Origin: Eledone cirrhosa
Lineage: Eukaryota
NCBI GenBank assembly: GCA_964016885.1
Contig: OZ024742.1
Coordinates: 199,206,001-199,270,000 of the forward strand
DNA length: 64,000 nucleotides
Direction: 5' to 3'
Shown in pieces: positions 1 to 14,898 of this stretch. A model generated the notes under the pieces. That model saw nothing but the letters and a program-made list of their open reading frames with translations. It was not told the DNA's origin and ran no database searches. Both the position numbers and the translations under genes were made by a program. How positions within the stretch are numbered: the first letter of the stretch is position 1; every line of letters starts with the position of its first letter.

Positions 1-39
1 ATAAATTATGAAAAATAAAAAAATAAAAACAATAAAATA

Positions 40-240
40 TATTACATATAATATAATGTACATACGCATACAGATATACATACACATACGTACATGTACG
101 CGCACATAGAGATATCTACACATACATACATACACACATACCTATACTGTCATACACACACATACATTTACACGAACATACACATACACATATAAAAAGA
201 TAAAAATACGGACACACACACGCGCAACACATACACACAT

Positions 241-293
<53 letters not shown>

Positions 294-411
294 TATACAC
301 ACACACACACATAGACTCATATATATATACATACACATACATATACTTATACATAAACATATATATCCCACACTCATACCACCATGAAAACACATACAAA
401 CATCCAGATGC

Positions 412-454
<43 letters not shown>

Positions 455-555
455 AACATACACACACGTACACATATATGCATATATACATACATATATA
501 CACACATACACATATATATATATATATACACACACACACATAAAATACAGACATG

Positions 556-586
<31 letters not shown>

Positions 587-678
587 TTCATTACCCTTAT
601 ATATACACATAGTACATATACATACACAACCTCACTTATACACATATACACATAAGTTATATTACAATAATAATAAAG

Positions 679-719
<41 letters not shown>

Positions 720-858
720 TATACACACATATACACATATACATACATACACATACATATACATACATACATACACATACATACATACATCTAAATATAA
801 ACATATATAAATACACACATACGAATAAAGACATATATTCACACATAGACACCTATAT

Positions 859-917
<59 letters not shown>

Positions 918-992
918 TACACATACATACACATATACATATACATACACATATATACACACGCACACAACATACAGACACACATACACACT

Positions 993-1031
<39 letters not shown>

Positions 1032-1420
1032 GAGTGTGCGCAAATACATACATATATATACACACACACATACAAACACACACAAACACATACATATGCA
1101 TACATGCACACACACACACATATATCACATAGATACGAAGATAAACATATAAATAGAGAGACATACAAATATATACAGAACCCATATACACATACATGCA
1201 AACACGCATATACATATATACATATATACACACATATATATTCCTATATACAAGCATACACATACGCACACATATATACATATACCTACACATATATATA
1301 CCACACATTCACATACACGTACATATATAATACATATATATACATGCATATACATACATATGTATGTACAATCATATATACACACTCAATCTTACATTCA
1401 TATTTACATGCTCATATATG
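40..1420. repeat. Degenerate (CA)/(TA)/(CATA) low-complexity tract
   Basis: Mixed acac/atat/acat runs throughout, with a second patch at ~2030-2200. It may be part of the 3' UTR of the minus-strand PLE ending at 2682 (inference). Confidence 0.95.
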
Positions 1421-2681
1421 TATTTTTATATCTAGAAATAAATACCAAAAAAACTATATAGACACCCATCTACCCAAATTCATACATATACACTTACAAA
1501 AACAGATGATAATAGTATGGGGGAAAGGGGGGGGTTTGGAGAAGGGGATCAAAGTAAATATATGTTTCAAGAAACCTATAATATTTTCCATATCTTAATT
1601 CAATGTATGTTCTTACATATTTTCAATGCTAGGAAATACGAAATCTATGCATCACAAAATAAAAAAGTATACCATTAATCATATGTCAACTAAACCAAAG
1701 ATAGTCAACATATTGATTTCCAAGGTGTAAATTAGTTAGGTTTATAATATTTGAAGCAGAATTATGAAGTCAAACAGTAGTAGATTATTAATTACATTAT
1801 AACTAAATTAAAGTTAATAATAGGGAAAAGAAACCCAAATAAAAATAAAATAAAGTATTACATCGGTAGTAGCATATAAATTATATGTTAACTAAGTTAA
1901 AAATTATATATTTATTTCAATAGTATATGTTAATTAGTATATGTTAATTAGGTATACAATACATAAAGCAGATATTGTATTTCATCAATAGCATAATATA
2001 ATTATATGCAAATAAAAATCAAAATTAATACGCATACACATACATATACATACACATACACATACATATACATATACATAGCACATATATATATATATAT
2101 ATATACATATATATACACACATACATACATATATAGTCACATAAATATACATACAGATACACATACAATACACACATATACATATACATATAGATATACA
2201 TATCTTTTTCAAAAAATTTGCACAGAATATATTAACTAGGTATATATCCAAAAACACCTCCCATTCTATGATTACATGAAATTCTGCAATTCGTCTGTAC
2301 AAGGATACTAATTTAAGCAAATTAAAATTAAAATTAAAGTTTTAGGTTGATTAAAGCTAAAACCAAATAATAAATATATTTCCAAAATGTATATTAATTA
2401 GGTCAATAATACTAAAAATTCTTTCTCCGTCATAGGATACATGATATTATTTTGTTATATTTTATCTGTAAAAGAATTATAATAAAAAAAATTTTATAAT
2501 AAAAGGTTAAACTAAATTAAAAAATTATAATAAAGGTTAAAATAGGTTAAATTAATCTATAAATTAAATTACTGAATATATATTAGTAATATTTAAAGGT
2601 TTTTCAAAATTAATGATTACATAATATTTTCTCATCTGTAATAAAATATTAATTAAATTAAATTTATAGGTTAACTAACAT

Positions 2682-2958
2682 TTAAATTAAATTAAATTCT
2701 AGAATAATGTTATTAATTAGGTTTATAATATTTAAATGTTTTTTTAGTTTATGATTACACGATATAATTAATTCCTGTCTTTTATTTAATAAGATATCCC
2801 TAGACTTCATTATTTCAGAATAGTTCTTGGAACATAATCTACATTCCTTTCTATTATTTTGATAAGGGGTGGCTCTTTTGAGCACACTCCAGGTCAAATC
2901 ATATTTTATATTTTTATTTTTATAACTATTGATTTTTTCTGCTAGAGATGTTGTATTA
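2682..2958 (-). mobile_element. Penelope-like element fragment, C-terminal end of GIY-YIG endonuclease
   Basis: Translates to NTTSLAEKINSYKNKNIKYDLTWSVLKRATPYQNNRKECRLC...LLNKRQELIISCNH. This has the same T.LS..W.I..CxLC..LNxR..CxH pattern as the ORFs at 9004-9551 and 21076-21438. 5'-truncated against (TA)n. Confidence 0.8.
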
Positions 2959-2989
2959 TATATATATATATATCGTGCATATATATATC

Positions 2990-3056
<67 letters not shown>

Positions 3057-3057
<1 letters not shown>

Positions 3058-3409
3058 GAGGCACATGGCTTAGTGGTTAGAGCATTGGCCTTGCAATCGA
3101 AAGGTTGTGAGTTCAATTCTCAGACCGGGTGATGTGTTGTTTCCTTGAGCAAGACACTTTATTTCACATTGCTCCAGTTTTACTCAGCTGTAGAAATGAG
3201 ATGATAGGGACTGGGGTCCATATCATTCCACTGCAAAGTGGTTGTGGAGGTGCCACAGCAAAAAAGCACCCAGCACTCACTGTAAATGAGGTTGGTGTTA
3301 GGAAGGGCATCCAGCTGTAGAAATCAAGCCAGCATCAGTTCCCGTCCCACCCTTGCAAGCAGGGAAAAAGCGGACGTAAAATGAAATGATGATGATGATG
3401 AATGATGAT
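3057..3409 (+). mobile_element. tRNA-derived SINE with RTE-derived 3' tail (family S1)
   Basis: A box TGGCTTAGTGG, B box GTTCAATTC, central CCTTGAGCAAGACACTT. The 3' half matches the RTE-A 3' UTR (AAAAAGCACCCAGCACTCACTGTAAATGAGGTTGGTGTTAGGAAGGGCATCCAGCTGTAGAAATCAAGCCAG). (GAT)n tail. Confidence 0.9.
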
Positions 3410-3465
3410 ATATCGTGCATATATATATTATATATCGTGCATATATATATATATATATATATATC

Positions 3466-3501
<36 letters not shown>

Positions 3502-3521
3502 TGCATATATATATCGTTCAT

Positions 3522-3566
<45 letters not shown>

Positions 3567-3580
3567 TGCATATATATATC

Positions 3581-3612
<32 letters not shown>

Positions 3613-3642
3613 CGTGCATATATATATATATATATATCGTGC

Positions 3643-3674
<32 letters not shown>

Positions 3675-3682
3675 TATATATC

Positions 3683-3822
<140 letters not shown>

Positions 3823-3856
3823 TGCATATATATATATATATATCTATATATATATC

Positions 3857-3937
<81 letters not shown>

Positions 3938-4017
3938 TGCATATATATATATATATATATATCGTGCATATATATATATATATATATATATCATGCATAT
4001 ATATATATATATCATGC

Positions 4018-4094
<77 letters not shown>

Positions 4095-4095
<1 letters not shown>

Positions 4096-5999
4096 GCATG
4101 CAAGCTTCGTTCCTCTCTAGTCTGCGTATATCCTCTGCACACAATGCCCAGGTCTCACTGCTATGCAGCATTGCTGTTCGTATGCAGGCATCGTACAACC
4201 TGCCTTTCATTTTTAGGAGAACCCTTTAGCAGCTAATAGTGGTATAAGCTCTCTGAACTTTTTCCAACAGTTCTGACTCTAGCTACAGTACTTTCAGAGC
4301 TCCCTCCCCCACTGCTGATTTTATCGCCCAGGTAATGGAAGCTGTCCACTATTTCTATAGAACCCTCTGCGCAATTGAAAGAGCTAGTATTTTGTGGGCA
4401 CTTGCTGCTACTTATTGCACCAGAACACCGGCCACATGTAAAATCTATGTTCTTAGTTAGCTTACCTGTGATCCCACTACATATTTTATGCACCCATACT
4501 TTGCATTTAGGACATAAAATGGAGTTTCTACCTACGCCTTTCCTACACACTGAGCACGACCATTCCCAGAAGGGACCGCCGCCTTGTTTCTTTCTACAAA
4601 CTAGTACTTTGGTCTTAGCCAGGTAATTTTAAGTCCTTTTGACTCTAGGCCGTGCTTCCATGTTTGGAATTTCTTCTCTAGCTCGGCCATTGATTCCGCT
4701 ATGAGTGTCAGGTCGTCTGCGTATAGGAGTTCCCATGGCAAGCCTGTCTTGAACTCCTCTGTTATAGCCTGAAGGGCAATAATAAATAGTAGGGGGCTGA
4801 GAACAGAGCCCTGATGGACGCCAACTTTTACGCTAAACTCTTCACTATATTCGTTGTTAATTCTAACCTTGCTGACTGTTTCTTTATACATGGCTTGTAT
4901 AGCCCTCACAAGCCATTCGTCAACGCCTAGTTTCTAAGAGCCCACCAGATAATGGAGCGGGGGACTCTGTCGAAGGCTTTCTCCAAGTCGACAAAAGCTA
5001 AGTAGAGGGGTTTACCTTTAGCTAGGTACTTCTCCTGTAGTTGTCGTACTATGAAAAGAGCGTCTGTGGTACTTTGCCTGACACAAACCCGAACTGCATT
5101 TCATCTAGGTCAATTCTCTCTCTGATTAGTTGCGCTATTACTTTTCCGTGACTTCATGACCTGGTCGATTAATTTAATGCCTCTATAGTTACTCCTATCT
5201 AGGGCGTCTCCTTTACCCTTATAACAGTTAACGATGATGCTGCTATGCATGGGAACAACCCCATTCTGTACGACTTGGTTAACTATGCGGGTGACCATGG
5301 TGTGTCCCACCGTGCCAGATGCCTTCAGCACTCTCAGCAACTATTTCCGAAGGCCCAGCCGCCTTACCCGTCTTCATATCCTTGATTGCCTTACTTATTA
5401 TACTCCCTCGACTAACACTGCTGGTCCCTCTATTGGGTCGATATGGGGAGACCGTCTTTCTCCCATTTATTCTCCTCATTTAGTAGCCTTTCATAGTGAC
5501 ACTTCCAAGCTACCTTCTTATCAGCGTCGGTGATGGCAAGTGTGCCATCGTCGTTTAGTACACACTTCTCCCCGACAAATATCACGGTTTTCCTTGACGC
5601 ATTGCCTAGCAATCCTGAACACCTCACGTTTTTGGTCATCGCGTTGTAGAACATGCTTGAACTTTCTTTCCTCAGCTTCCCTTCTTGCTAAGTACACTTG
5701 TCTCCTAGCTTCCCTCCTGGCCACTTGATAGTCTTCTCTACTTCCCCCATCCCGCCATACTTTCCAGCCTGCTTTTTGGCCTTAATTGACCCCTCCACCT
5801 TACTGTTCCACCACCATGTTACTCTCCTCCTGCCTACAGGCCTGCTCCAGCCACAGACTTCGTCTGTCGCCACAGCAGGTTTGCTTTCAGAAATTCCACT
5901 CTCCCTCTATATGTCCGACTCTAAATGTTCTTCCTTACTGTCGAAAGCATAAAGTAATATGCTTTGAAATTTATTCCTGGCTGTGGGGTCCTTTAGCTT
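4095..5999 (-). mobile_element. RTE LINE subfamily B, internal RT fragment with frameshifts, no 3' end
   Basis: QGSVLSPLLF, LLYADD and the Cys-rich domain are spread over several frames. 4095-4422 is near-identical to 29225-29554. Confidence 0.92.
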
Positions 6000-6064
6000 A
6001 TATATATATCATGTATATATATATATATATATATCATGTATATATATATATATATATATATATC

Positions 6065-6100
<36 letters not shown>

Positions 6101-6130
6101 CATGTATATATATATATATATATATATATC

Positions 6131-6168
<38 letters not shown>

Positions 6169-6169
6169 C

Positions 6170-6291
<122 letters not shown>

Positions 6292-6393
6292 TGTATATAT
6301 ATATATATATATATCATGTATATATATATATATATATATCATGTATATATATATATATATATATCATGTATAATATATATATATATATATATC

Positions 6394-6427
<34 letters not shown>

Positions 6428-7014
6428 TGTATATATATATATATATATATATATCATGTATATATATATATATATATATATCATGATATATATATATATA
6501 TATATATCATGTGTATATATATATATATATATATCATGTATATATATATATATATATATCATGTATATATATATATATATATATATCATGTATATATATA
6601 TATCATGTATATATATATATATATATATCATGTATATATATATATATATATCATGTATATATATATATATATATCATGTATATATATATATATATATATA
6701 TCATGTATATATATATATATATATATATCATGTATATATATATATATATATATCATGTATATATATATATATATATCATGTATATATATATATATATATA
6801 TATCATGTATATATATATATATATATATATATCATGTATATATATATATATATCATGTATATATATATATATATATATATCATGTATATATATATATATA
6901 TATATCATGTATATATATATATATATATATATCATGTATATATATATATATATATATCATGTATATATATATATATATATATATCATGTATATATATATA
7001 TATATATATATATC

Positions 7015-7122
<108 letters not shown>

Positions 7123-7734
7123 TGTATATATATATATATATATATATATCATGCATATATATATATATATATATCATGTATATATATATATATATATATC
7201 ATGCATGTATATATATATATATCATGTATATATATATATATATATCATGCATATATATATATATATATATATCATGCATGTATATATATATATATATCAT
7301 GCATGTATATATATATATATATCATGCATATATATATATATATATATATCATGCATGTATATATATATATATATCATGCATATATATATATATATATATC
7401 ATGCATATATATATATATATATATCATGCATGTATATATATATATATATCATGCATATATATATATATATATATATCATGCATGTATATATATATATATA
7501 TCATGCATATATATATATATATATATATATCATGCATATATATATATATATATATATATCATGCATATATATATATATATATATATATCATGCATATATA
7601 TATATATATATATATCATGCATATATATATATATATATATATCATGCATATATATATGTATATATATATATATATCATGCATATATATATATATATATAT
7701 CATGCATATATATATATGGATGATATATATATAT

Positions 7735-8548
7735 ATGGAAGAAGTTTAGGGAACTACTACCACTGCTAGCTGCAAAAGGCTTCTCCCTCAGAATGAAAGG
7801 CAGACTGTATGATGCGTGTATCCGAACAGCGATGTTGCATGGTAGTGAGACCTGGGCGCTGAAGGTGGAAGACTTACGTAGATTAGAGAGAAACGAAGCC
7901 TGCATGCTCCGATGGATGTGTAACAGTAATATACGTGAACGACAAAGCATAAAGGAATTGAGAGAGAGACTGAGCATAAGCGGAATCAAATGCTGCGTGC
8001 AGGAGAGGCGGTTACGCTGGTATGGACATGTGATGCGTATGAAGGATGACAGCTGCATAAAAAGGTGCAGAGCACTAGAAGTTGATGGAAACCGCGGAGT
8101 GGGGAGACCCAAGATGACTTGGGATGAGGTGATAAAAGCCGACCTTACCCAACTACACCTCTCAAAGTCAACGACACACGACCGTGACTTCTGGCGTCAC
8201 GCAGTAATACAGGGTACCCGACCTCCCATGGGTACATGCTGAAGCATATAAACAATATCCCCCCCCCCCCCACCGCAAGGTGGCCGTGGAGGTGCCACGG
8301 CAAAAAAGCACCCAGCCCACACTGTAAAGTGGACGTGTAGGCGCCACGAAAAAGCACCCAGCACTCACTGTAAATGAGGTTGGTGTTAGGAAGGGCATCC
8401 AGCTGTAGAAATCAAGCCAGATCAGTTCCTGTATGAGCAAGGCATGGTCAGCCGACCAGACACTGCCCACAACAGGACAACCCGTCTAACCCATGCTAGC
8501 GTGGAAGAACGGACGTAAAACGGTGATGATGATGATGATGATGATGAT
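7735..8548 (+). mobile_element. RTE LINE subfamily A, 5'-truncated 3' copy
   Basis: Near-identical to 13839-14647. [10 protein letters not shown] motif, 3' UTR and (GAT)n tail. Confidence 0.95.
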
Positions 8549-8562
8549 ATATCATGCATATA

Positions 8563-8599
<37 letters not shown>

Positions 8600-8778
8600 T
8601 GCATATATATATGTATATATATATCATGCATATATATATATATGTATATGGAAAGTTATATTTAAATTGTTGGGTTACAACTAGTAAATATTTATAACTG
8701 ATATAGAAGCACTCGACAAGTATTTGGAGTATATTTACAATATTAAATAAATGGAAACTATATTTATAAAACCATATT

Positions 8779-8844
8779 TATTTCATTATATATATTTCAG
8801 GGATATCATATTAACAATATGCTATGCCTTCCTCAGACAAAATA
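8779..8844 (-). ncRNA. Type I minimal hammerhead ribozyme (inverted copy, PLE-1)
   Basis: Reverse complement of the motif at 11004-11069. Confidence 0.8.
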
Positions 8845-9003
8845 CAATATAAACAGTTTTATAGATAAATAGATTCGACATACCGTAACAACATCGACTT
8901 GTATTTGAAAAGGTTGATTTGGCAGTGAAAAAATTGTACACAGAGAGAAAGAAAGAGAGAAAAAAAGGAAAGAAAGACAGAAAACGAAGAAAAAGAAGAA
9001 ATA

Positions 9004-9551
9004 GACATACAATAAAATTAACCTACTCATCCACCAAAAATTTAGCACAAAATATTAATAGAATAAATAATAGGAACTTAAAACCTAGTGATAATAGCAT
9101 AAATAATATACAAGTTAACAAATGTAACTGTAGAGATAGATCTAAATGTCCGTTAAATAACAACTGCTTAGTTAAAAATATAGTATACAATTGTAATGTT
9201 AATACTGACTCTAATTCTTTTAACTACGTCGGTTGCACATCGACGGAATTTAAACTTCGCTATAATAACCACAAGAATTCTTTCACAGACCCAAGCAAAA
9301 AATCTTCAACGGCACTATCAGGCGTACTCTGGCAACTTAAGCTAGATAACGTTAGATATTCGACGGCTTGGAATATAGTCTCAAGAGGGATTCCTTTTAA
9401 TTCATCCTCTGAGACATGTGACCTCTGCGCAGAGGAGATATTCTTTATACTAAAATCTAAAAATTCCCTTAATCTATGGACAAATTTATTCAGTTGCTGC
9501 AAACATAGATTAAACTCAACGTTTAAATATAAATTTAAATTTAAAATGTAG
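9004..9551 (+). CDS. PLE GIY-YIG endonuclease, C-terminal part of a truncated ORF
   Basis: KLTYSS..N..CNCR....CPL...CL...IVYNC...YVGCT..FK.RY.NH..SF...STALS...W...CDLC..E...LN...CKH. No RT portion is retained. Confidence 0.88.
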
Positions 9552-10682
9552 TATATTTAGTTTGATTTATAATTATATGGGAAACTAGCCGATAAATCTT
9601 TGATTCCTTCTTTTTATTCTTTTTATTTTTATTTTATTTTTATTTAAATATTTTTATTTAAACATTCTTCATGAAAAATTAAGCTACCCTAAAAGTTGAT
9701 GCTCCAAATATTTCGAATAAACGTTACACTAGATAAACTTCTATATTAAATATAAGAACACATGTAGACCAAATTGGGCATCCTAAACTTTTTGAAATGA
9801 TCTTTGCTAGATGCGATTTGATAGATAATTTTTGGCTTTATCTGTTTTTCGACTCTGATGCTTATAATGAACTTGGCAATATATTGTCAATTAATTTTGA
9901 AGGGTTGATCTTTGTGGTTTATTTTTATTATTGTAGTATTTTCTAATATTTTTATTTTTAATATTTTTAATATGTAAATTTTTTAGTATGTAATATTTTT
10001 AATATGTAATATTCTTTCGTAATATTTTTTAGTTTTCTATTTTATTATTACTTATTATTATTATTGTTATTTTTTAGTTTTGTTTCTGATATATATTTTT
10101 ATTAGTATATTGAAATCTGCTCTCTATTTCTGCTTGATAGATAATCTTGTAGAGTAAAGACAGGAATAGTAATATTGACTCTATATATATTTGTGTGTAT
10201 ATATACACACATATATGTATACTTAAATTTTTATACCACAATGAGAATGTTTTCTGTGAACTTAGGGTTTGCAGAGTTGATCATGTAAATTAACATAGAT
10301 GTTTGTAGTTATCACATAAACATATGAATTTTTTTAAAAAACTAAACACAAGATCATTAATTTTCACACATTATGGATACATGTCTCATTCAGGAATACT
10401 GATATTTACAATATAGTGGCTGGTTTTTATAAATACTAATACCTCTACATTAAAATAGGGTTTTTTACGCCTCGCCTATGTCTGGTTATTTTTAAATTTT
10501 TTCTCTCTCTATATTTTTTCTCTCTCTATATTTTTTTTCTCTCTCTATATAACAGCTGGTTTCTCTCCATATATCTCCCTTACATTAATACTAGAGCTAA
10601 ATAAATAAATAAATGTATCATTGATACGTTTACCCAACAGACGTCCCACTACCTAGTTTTCTATATATATGTATCTATCTCT

Positions 10683-10776
<94 letters not shown>

Positions 10777-11003
10777 TTTCTTTACATGAAGTTCTTCTCT
10801 TTATCTATCTTTCCATCTCTCTATTTTGTTCCATGCATTTCTTCTTTTTCTTCTTTTTCTTCGTTTTCTGTCTTTCTTTCCTTTTTTTCTCTCTTTCTTT
10901 CTCTCTGTGTACAATTTTTTCACTGCCAAATCTACCTTTTCAAATACAAGTCGATGTTGTTACGGTATGTCGAATCTATTTATCTATAAAACTGTTTATA
11001 TTG

Positions 11004-11069
11004 TATTTTGTCTGAGGAAGGCATAGCATATTGTTAATATGATATCCCTGAAATATATATAATGAAATA
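11004..11069 (+). ncRNA. Type I minimal hammerhead ribozyme (PLE-1)
   Basis: TATTTTGT-CTGAGGA-[AGG..CATATT GTT AATATG..CCT]-GAA-ATATATAT-A^ATGAAATA. Palindromic stem III, with AATAAA overlapping the 3' end. Confidence 0.82.
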
Positions 11070-11143
11070 AATATGGTTTTATAAATATAGTTTCCATTTA
11101 TTTAATATTGTATATATATGTATATATATATATATATATATCA

Positions 11144-11180
<37 letters not shown>

Positions 11181-11343
11181 TGCATATATATATATATATA
11201 TATATCATGTATATATATATATATATATATATCATGCATATATATATATATATCATGCATTTATATATATATATATCATGCATTTATATATATATATATC
11301 ATGCATATATATATATATATCATGCATATATATATATATATCA

Positions 11344-11374
<31 letters not shown>

Positions 11375-11406
11375 CATGCATATATATATATATATATATA
11401 TATATC

Positions 11407-11440
<34 letters not shown>

Positions 11441-11443
<3 letters not shown>

Positions 11444-14400
11444 AGGAAAAAGCCAGTGCTACAAATTTTTCTGGGTGGGAAATGACGATGGGATGGGTGG
11501 TGTAGGTATACTATTAGCTGACAAGTGGGTAGATAAAGTAATCTCAGTGTACAGGGTAAATGCAAGAATCATTAAACTCAGACTAGTCCTGAATAAGACA
11601 ATTACCACAATAATATCAGCTTACGCACCCCAATCGGGGCTGCCAGACGAACTTAAGGATAGGTTTTACGAGTCCCTAATACACACTACTGCTCTAACAG
11701 ACGACAAGGACTTCCTAATCATTGCAGGAGATTTTAACGGACACGTAGGTAAACACTGCGACGGCTTCAATAGAGTACATGGAGGCCATGGAGTTGGCAC
11801 AAGGAATGAGGAAGGATTCAGACTTCTAGAATTCTGCGACGCCAATGACATGTCGATATGTAACACAAACTTTAAAAAACCCGACAACCACCTGATCACC
11901 TATAGATCAGGGGAGCACTCTAGTCAGTTAGATTTTATCCTCATCAGAGGACGTGACAGATGGACGGTCGTAAACACAAAAGCCTTCCCTCGTGAGGAAT
12001 GTACATCCCAACATAGCTTAGTTGTCAGCGACCTCACGGTCAGAACTAGACGAGCCCTGAAACAGAGGCCAACCTGGAGAAGAAAGATCTGGAAGCTGAA
12101 AGTCCCCTCAACCAGTAACAGATTTAAAGATATTTTACTCAACGCCTACGACAGTAAAGAAGAACAGATAGAGACATTTAACGTAGAAGAGAACTGGGAG
12201 TTCCTAAAAAAATAACTTACTAGAGGCGACGGATGAGGTTTGTGGCTGGAGTAAGACCTCAAGCAGGAGGAGAGTGACTTGGTGGTGGAACAATAAGGTA
12301 GATGAAGCAGTCAAGGCCAAGAGACAGGCATGGAAAGAATGGAAGAACGGGGGGAGCAGGGTACATTACATAGAGACCAAGAGGGAAGCTAGGCGACAAG
12401 TATACTTAGCTAGGAGGGAAGCAGAGGATAGAAAATTCAAGCATGTTTTACAACGTGAGGACCAGAAACAGGAGGTATTCAAGATTGCGAGGCAGTGTGT
12501 CAGAGATAGTTGTGATGTCATTGGAGAGAAGTGTATCCGGAATGATAAAGGTGAGCTTGCCCTCACAAGTGCTGAGAAGAAAGATGCATGGAAGAGTCAT
12601 TATGATAGATTACTAAATGAGGAGAATGCATGGGAAGAAGAGACCCTACCCCACGTAGACCCTATAGAGGGACCAGCAGTACAAGTCAGCGGCAGCGTAG
12701 TAAGTAAGGCAATCAGAGATATGAAGATAGGGAAGGCAACCGGTCCATCGGGTATAGCTGCCGAGATGCTGAAGGCATCTGGGTCTGTAGGTCACACTAT
12801 AACCACACGTATCGTTAACCAGGTAATACTAGAGGGGGCCATACCAAAAGATTGGTGCAGTAGCATCATTGTCAACTGCTACAAAGGTAAAGGCGATGCA
12901 CTAGATAGAGGAAACTATAGAGGTATAAAGTTGATGGACCAGGTCATGAAAGTAACAGAAAGAGTTATAGCACAGCTGATTAGGGACCGGGTGAATATAG
13001 ACGAGATGCAATTTGGGTTTGTACCAGGGAAAGGCACCACTGATGCGCTCTTCCTTGTGAGGCAATTACAGGAAAAGTACCTAGCTAAAAGTAAGCCACT
13101 CTACTTGGCATTTGTCGACCTTGAGAAAGCCTTTGACAGAGTTCCACGTGCAGTAATCTGGTGGGCTCTTAGAAAACTAGGAGTAGATGAATGGCTTGTG
13201 AAAGCGGTACAAGCCATGTATAGGGGAGCAGTCAGCAAAGTTAGGATTGGCAATGAGTATAGCGAGGAATTTAGCGTACAGGTTGGGGTCCACCAGGGCT
13301 CTGTTCTTAGCCCTCTCCTGTTCATCATAGTCCTGCAGGCAATAACGGAGGAGTTTAAGACCGGATGCCCATGGGAACTCCTGTATGCTGATGACCTCGC
13401 ACTCATAGCTGAATCTATGGTAGAACTAGAGAATAAATTCCAAACCTGGAAGCAGGGACTAGAGAGAAAGGGCCTCAAAGTCAACATGACAAAGACTAAG
13501 GTCCTTATAAGTAGACGAGAAAACAGAACCCAGATCCCCTCAGGGAAATGGCCTTGCTCAGTATGTAGGAAAGGTGTAAGTAGGAACTCCATTCTTTGCC
13601 CCAAATGCAAACAATGGGTACACAAGAGATGTAGCGGGATCTCAGGAAGCTTAATTAAGAATGTAGGATTCACATGCAGCAGCTGTGCTGAAACAGCAAG
13701 CAAACAGCCACAGGAAACAAGTACCACCAATCTCTGGGAGGGCCCTGTAGAAACAGTAGACAGCTTCTGCTACCTAGGTGACCGAATTAGCAACGGAGGT
13801 GGGTGCTCAGAAAGTACAATAACTAGGGTAAGAACGGGATGGAAGAAGTTTAGGGAACTACTACCACTGCTAGCTGCAAAAGGCTTCTCCCTCAGAATGA
13901 AAGGCAGACTGTATGATGCGTGTATCCGAACAGCGATGTTGCATGGTAGTGAGACCTGGGCGCTGAAGGTGGAAGACTTACGTAGATTAGAGAGAAACGA
14001 AGCCTGCATGCTCCGATGGATGTGTAACAGTAATATACGTGAACGACAAAGCATAAATGAATTGAGAGAGAGACTGAGCATAAGAGGAATCAAATGCTGC
14101 GTGCAGGAGAGGCGGTTACGCTGGTATGGACATGTGATGCGTATGAAGGATGACAGCTGCATAAAAAGGTGCAGAGCACTAGAAGTTGATGGAAACCGCG
14201 GAGTGGGGAGACCCAAGATGACTTGGGATGAGGTGATAAAAGCCGACCTTACCCAACTACACCTCTCAAAGTCAATGACACACGACCGTGACTTCTGGTG
14301 TCACGCAGTAATACAGGGTACCCGACCTCCCATGGGTACATGCTGAAGCATATAAACAATATGCCCCCCCCCCACCGCAAGGTGGTCGTGGAGGTGCCAC

Positions 14401-14647
14401 GGCAAAAAAGCACCCAGCCCACACTGTAAAGTGGACGTGTAGGCGCCACGAAAAAGCACCCAGCACTCACTGTAAATGAGGTTGGTGTTAGGAAGGGCAT
14501 CCAGCTGTAGAAATCAAGCCAGATCAGTTCCTGTATGAGCAAGGCATGGTCAGCCGACCAGACACTGCCCACAACAGGACAACCCGTCTAACCCATGCTA
14601 GCGTGGAAGAACGGACGTAAAACGGTGATGATGATGATGATGATGAT
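11441..14647 (+). mobile_element. RTE LINE subfamily A, near-full-length (APE + RT + PHD-like finger)
   Basis: APE motifs ISAYAP, GDFNGHVG, SQLDFIL, SQHSLV. RT motifs FVDLEKAFD, QGSVLSP, YADD, YLG. One +1 frameshift in the A7 run at 12206-12212. Stop at 14346, then 3' UTR and (GAT)n tail. Confidence 0.96.
12216..14346 (+). CDS. RTE reverse transcriptase ORF, downstream of the frameshift
   Basis: Uninterrupted frame (690 aa in the ORF track from 12274) with all RT motifs. Confidence 0.93.
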
Positions 14648-14749
14648 ATCATGCATATATATATATATCTCATGCATATATATATATATATATATATATA
14701 TCATGCATATATATATATATATATATATATCATGCATATATATATATAA

Positions 14750-14786
<37 letters not shown>

Positions 14787-14815
14787 TGCATATATATATA
14801 TATATATATATATCA

Positions 14816-14850
<35 letters not shown>

Positions 14851-14867
14851 TGCATATATATATATAA

Positions 14868-14898
<31 letters not shown>

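Larger units (their letters stand above)
8650..11112 (+). mobile_element. Penelope-like element PLE-1: 5'-truncated body with inverted copy of its 3' end
   Basis: GIY-YIG ORF, T-rich 3' UTR and a hammerhead at the 3' end. Inverted repeat 8736-9001 / 10847-11112. Flanked by (TA)n. Confidence 0.9.

Noticed and set aside
3057-3130. tRNA gene (also 25314, 27950-28023, 48225-48299 and older copies)
   Set aside because: A/B boxes are present but the acceptor and anticodon stems do not pair, and each continues into a SINE body and RTE tail.
8919-9003. Basic NLS-like N-terminus (ERKKERKKGKKDRKRRKRR) on the GIY-YIG ORF
   Set aside because: It is the reverse complement of the CT-rich 3' UTR inside the inverted arm, fused by chance, and has no ATG start.
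13101-14216. Long antisense ORFs over the RTE (and similar ones over Tx1)
   Set aside because: They are shadow frames of the coding strand with no recognisable motifs.
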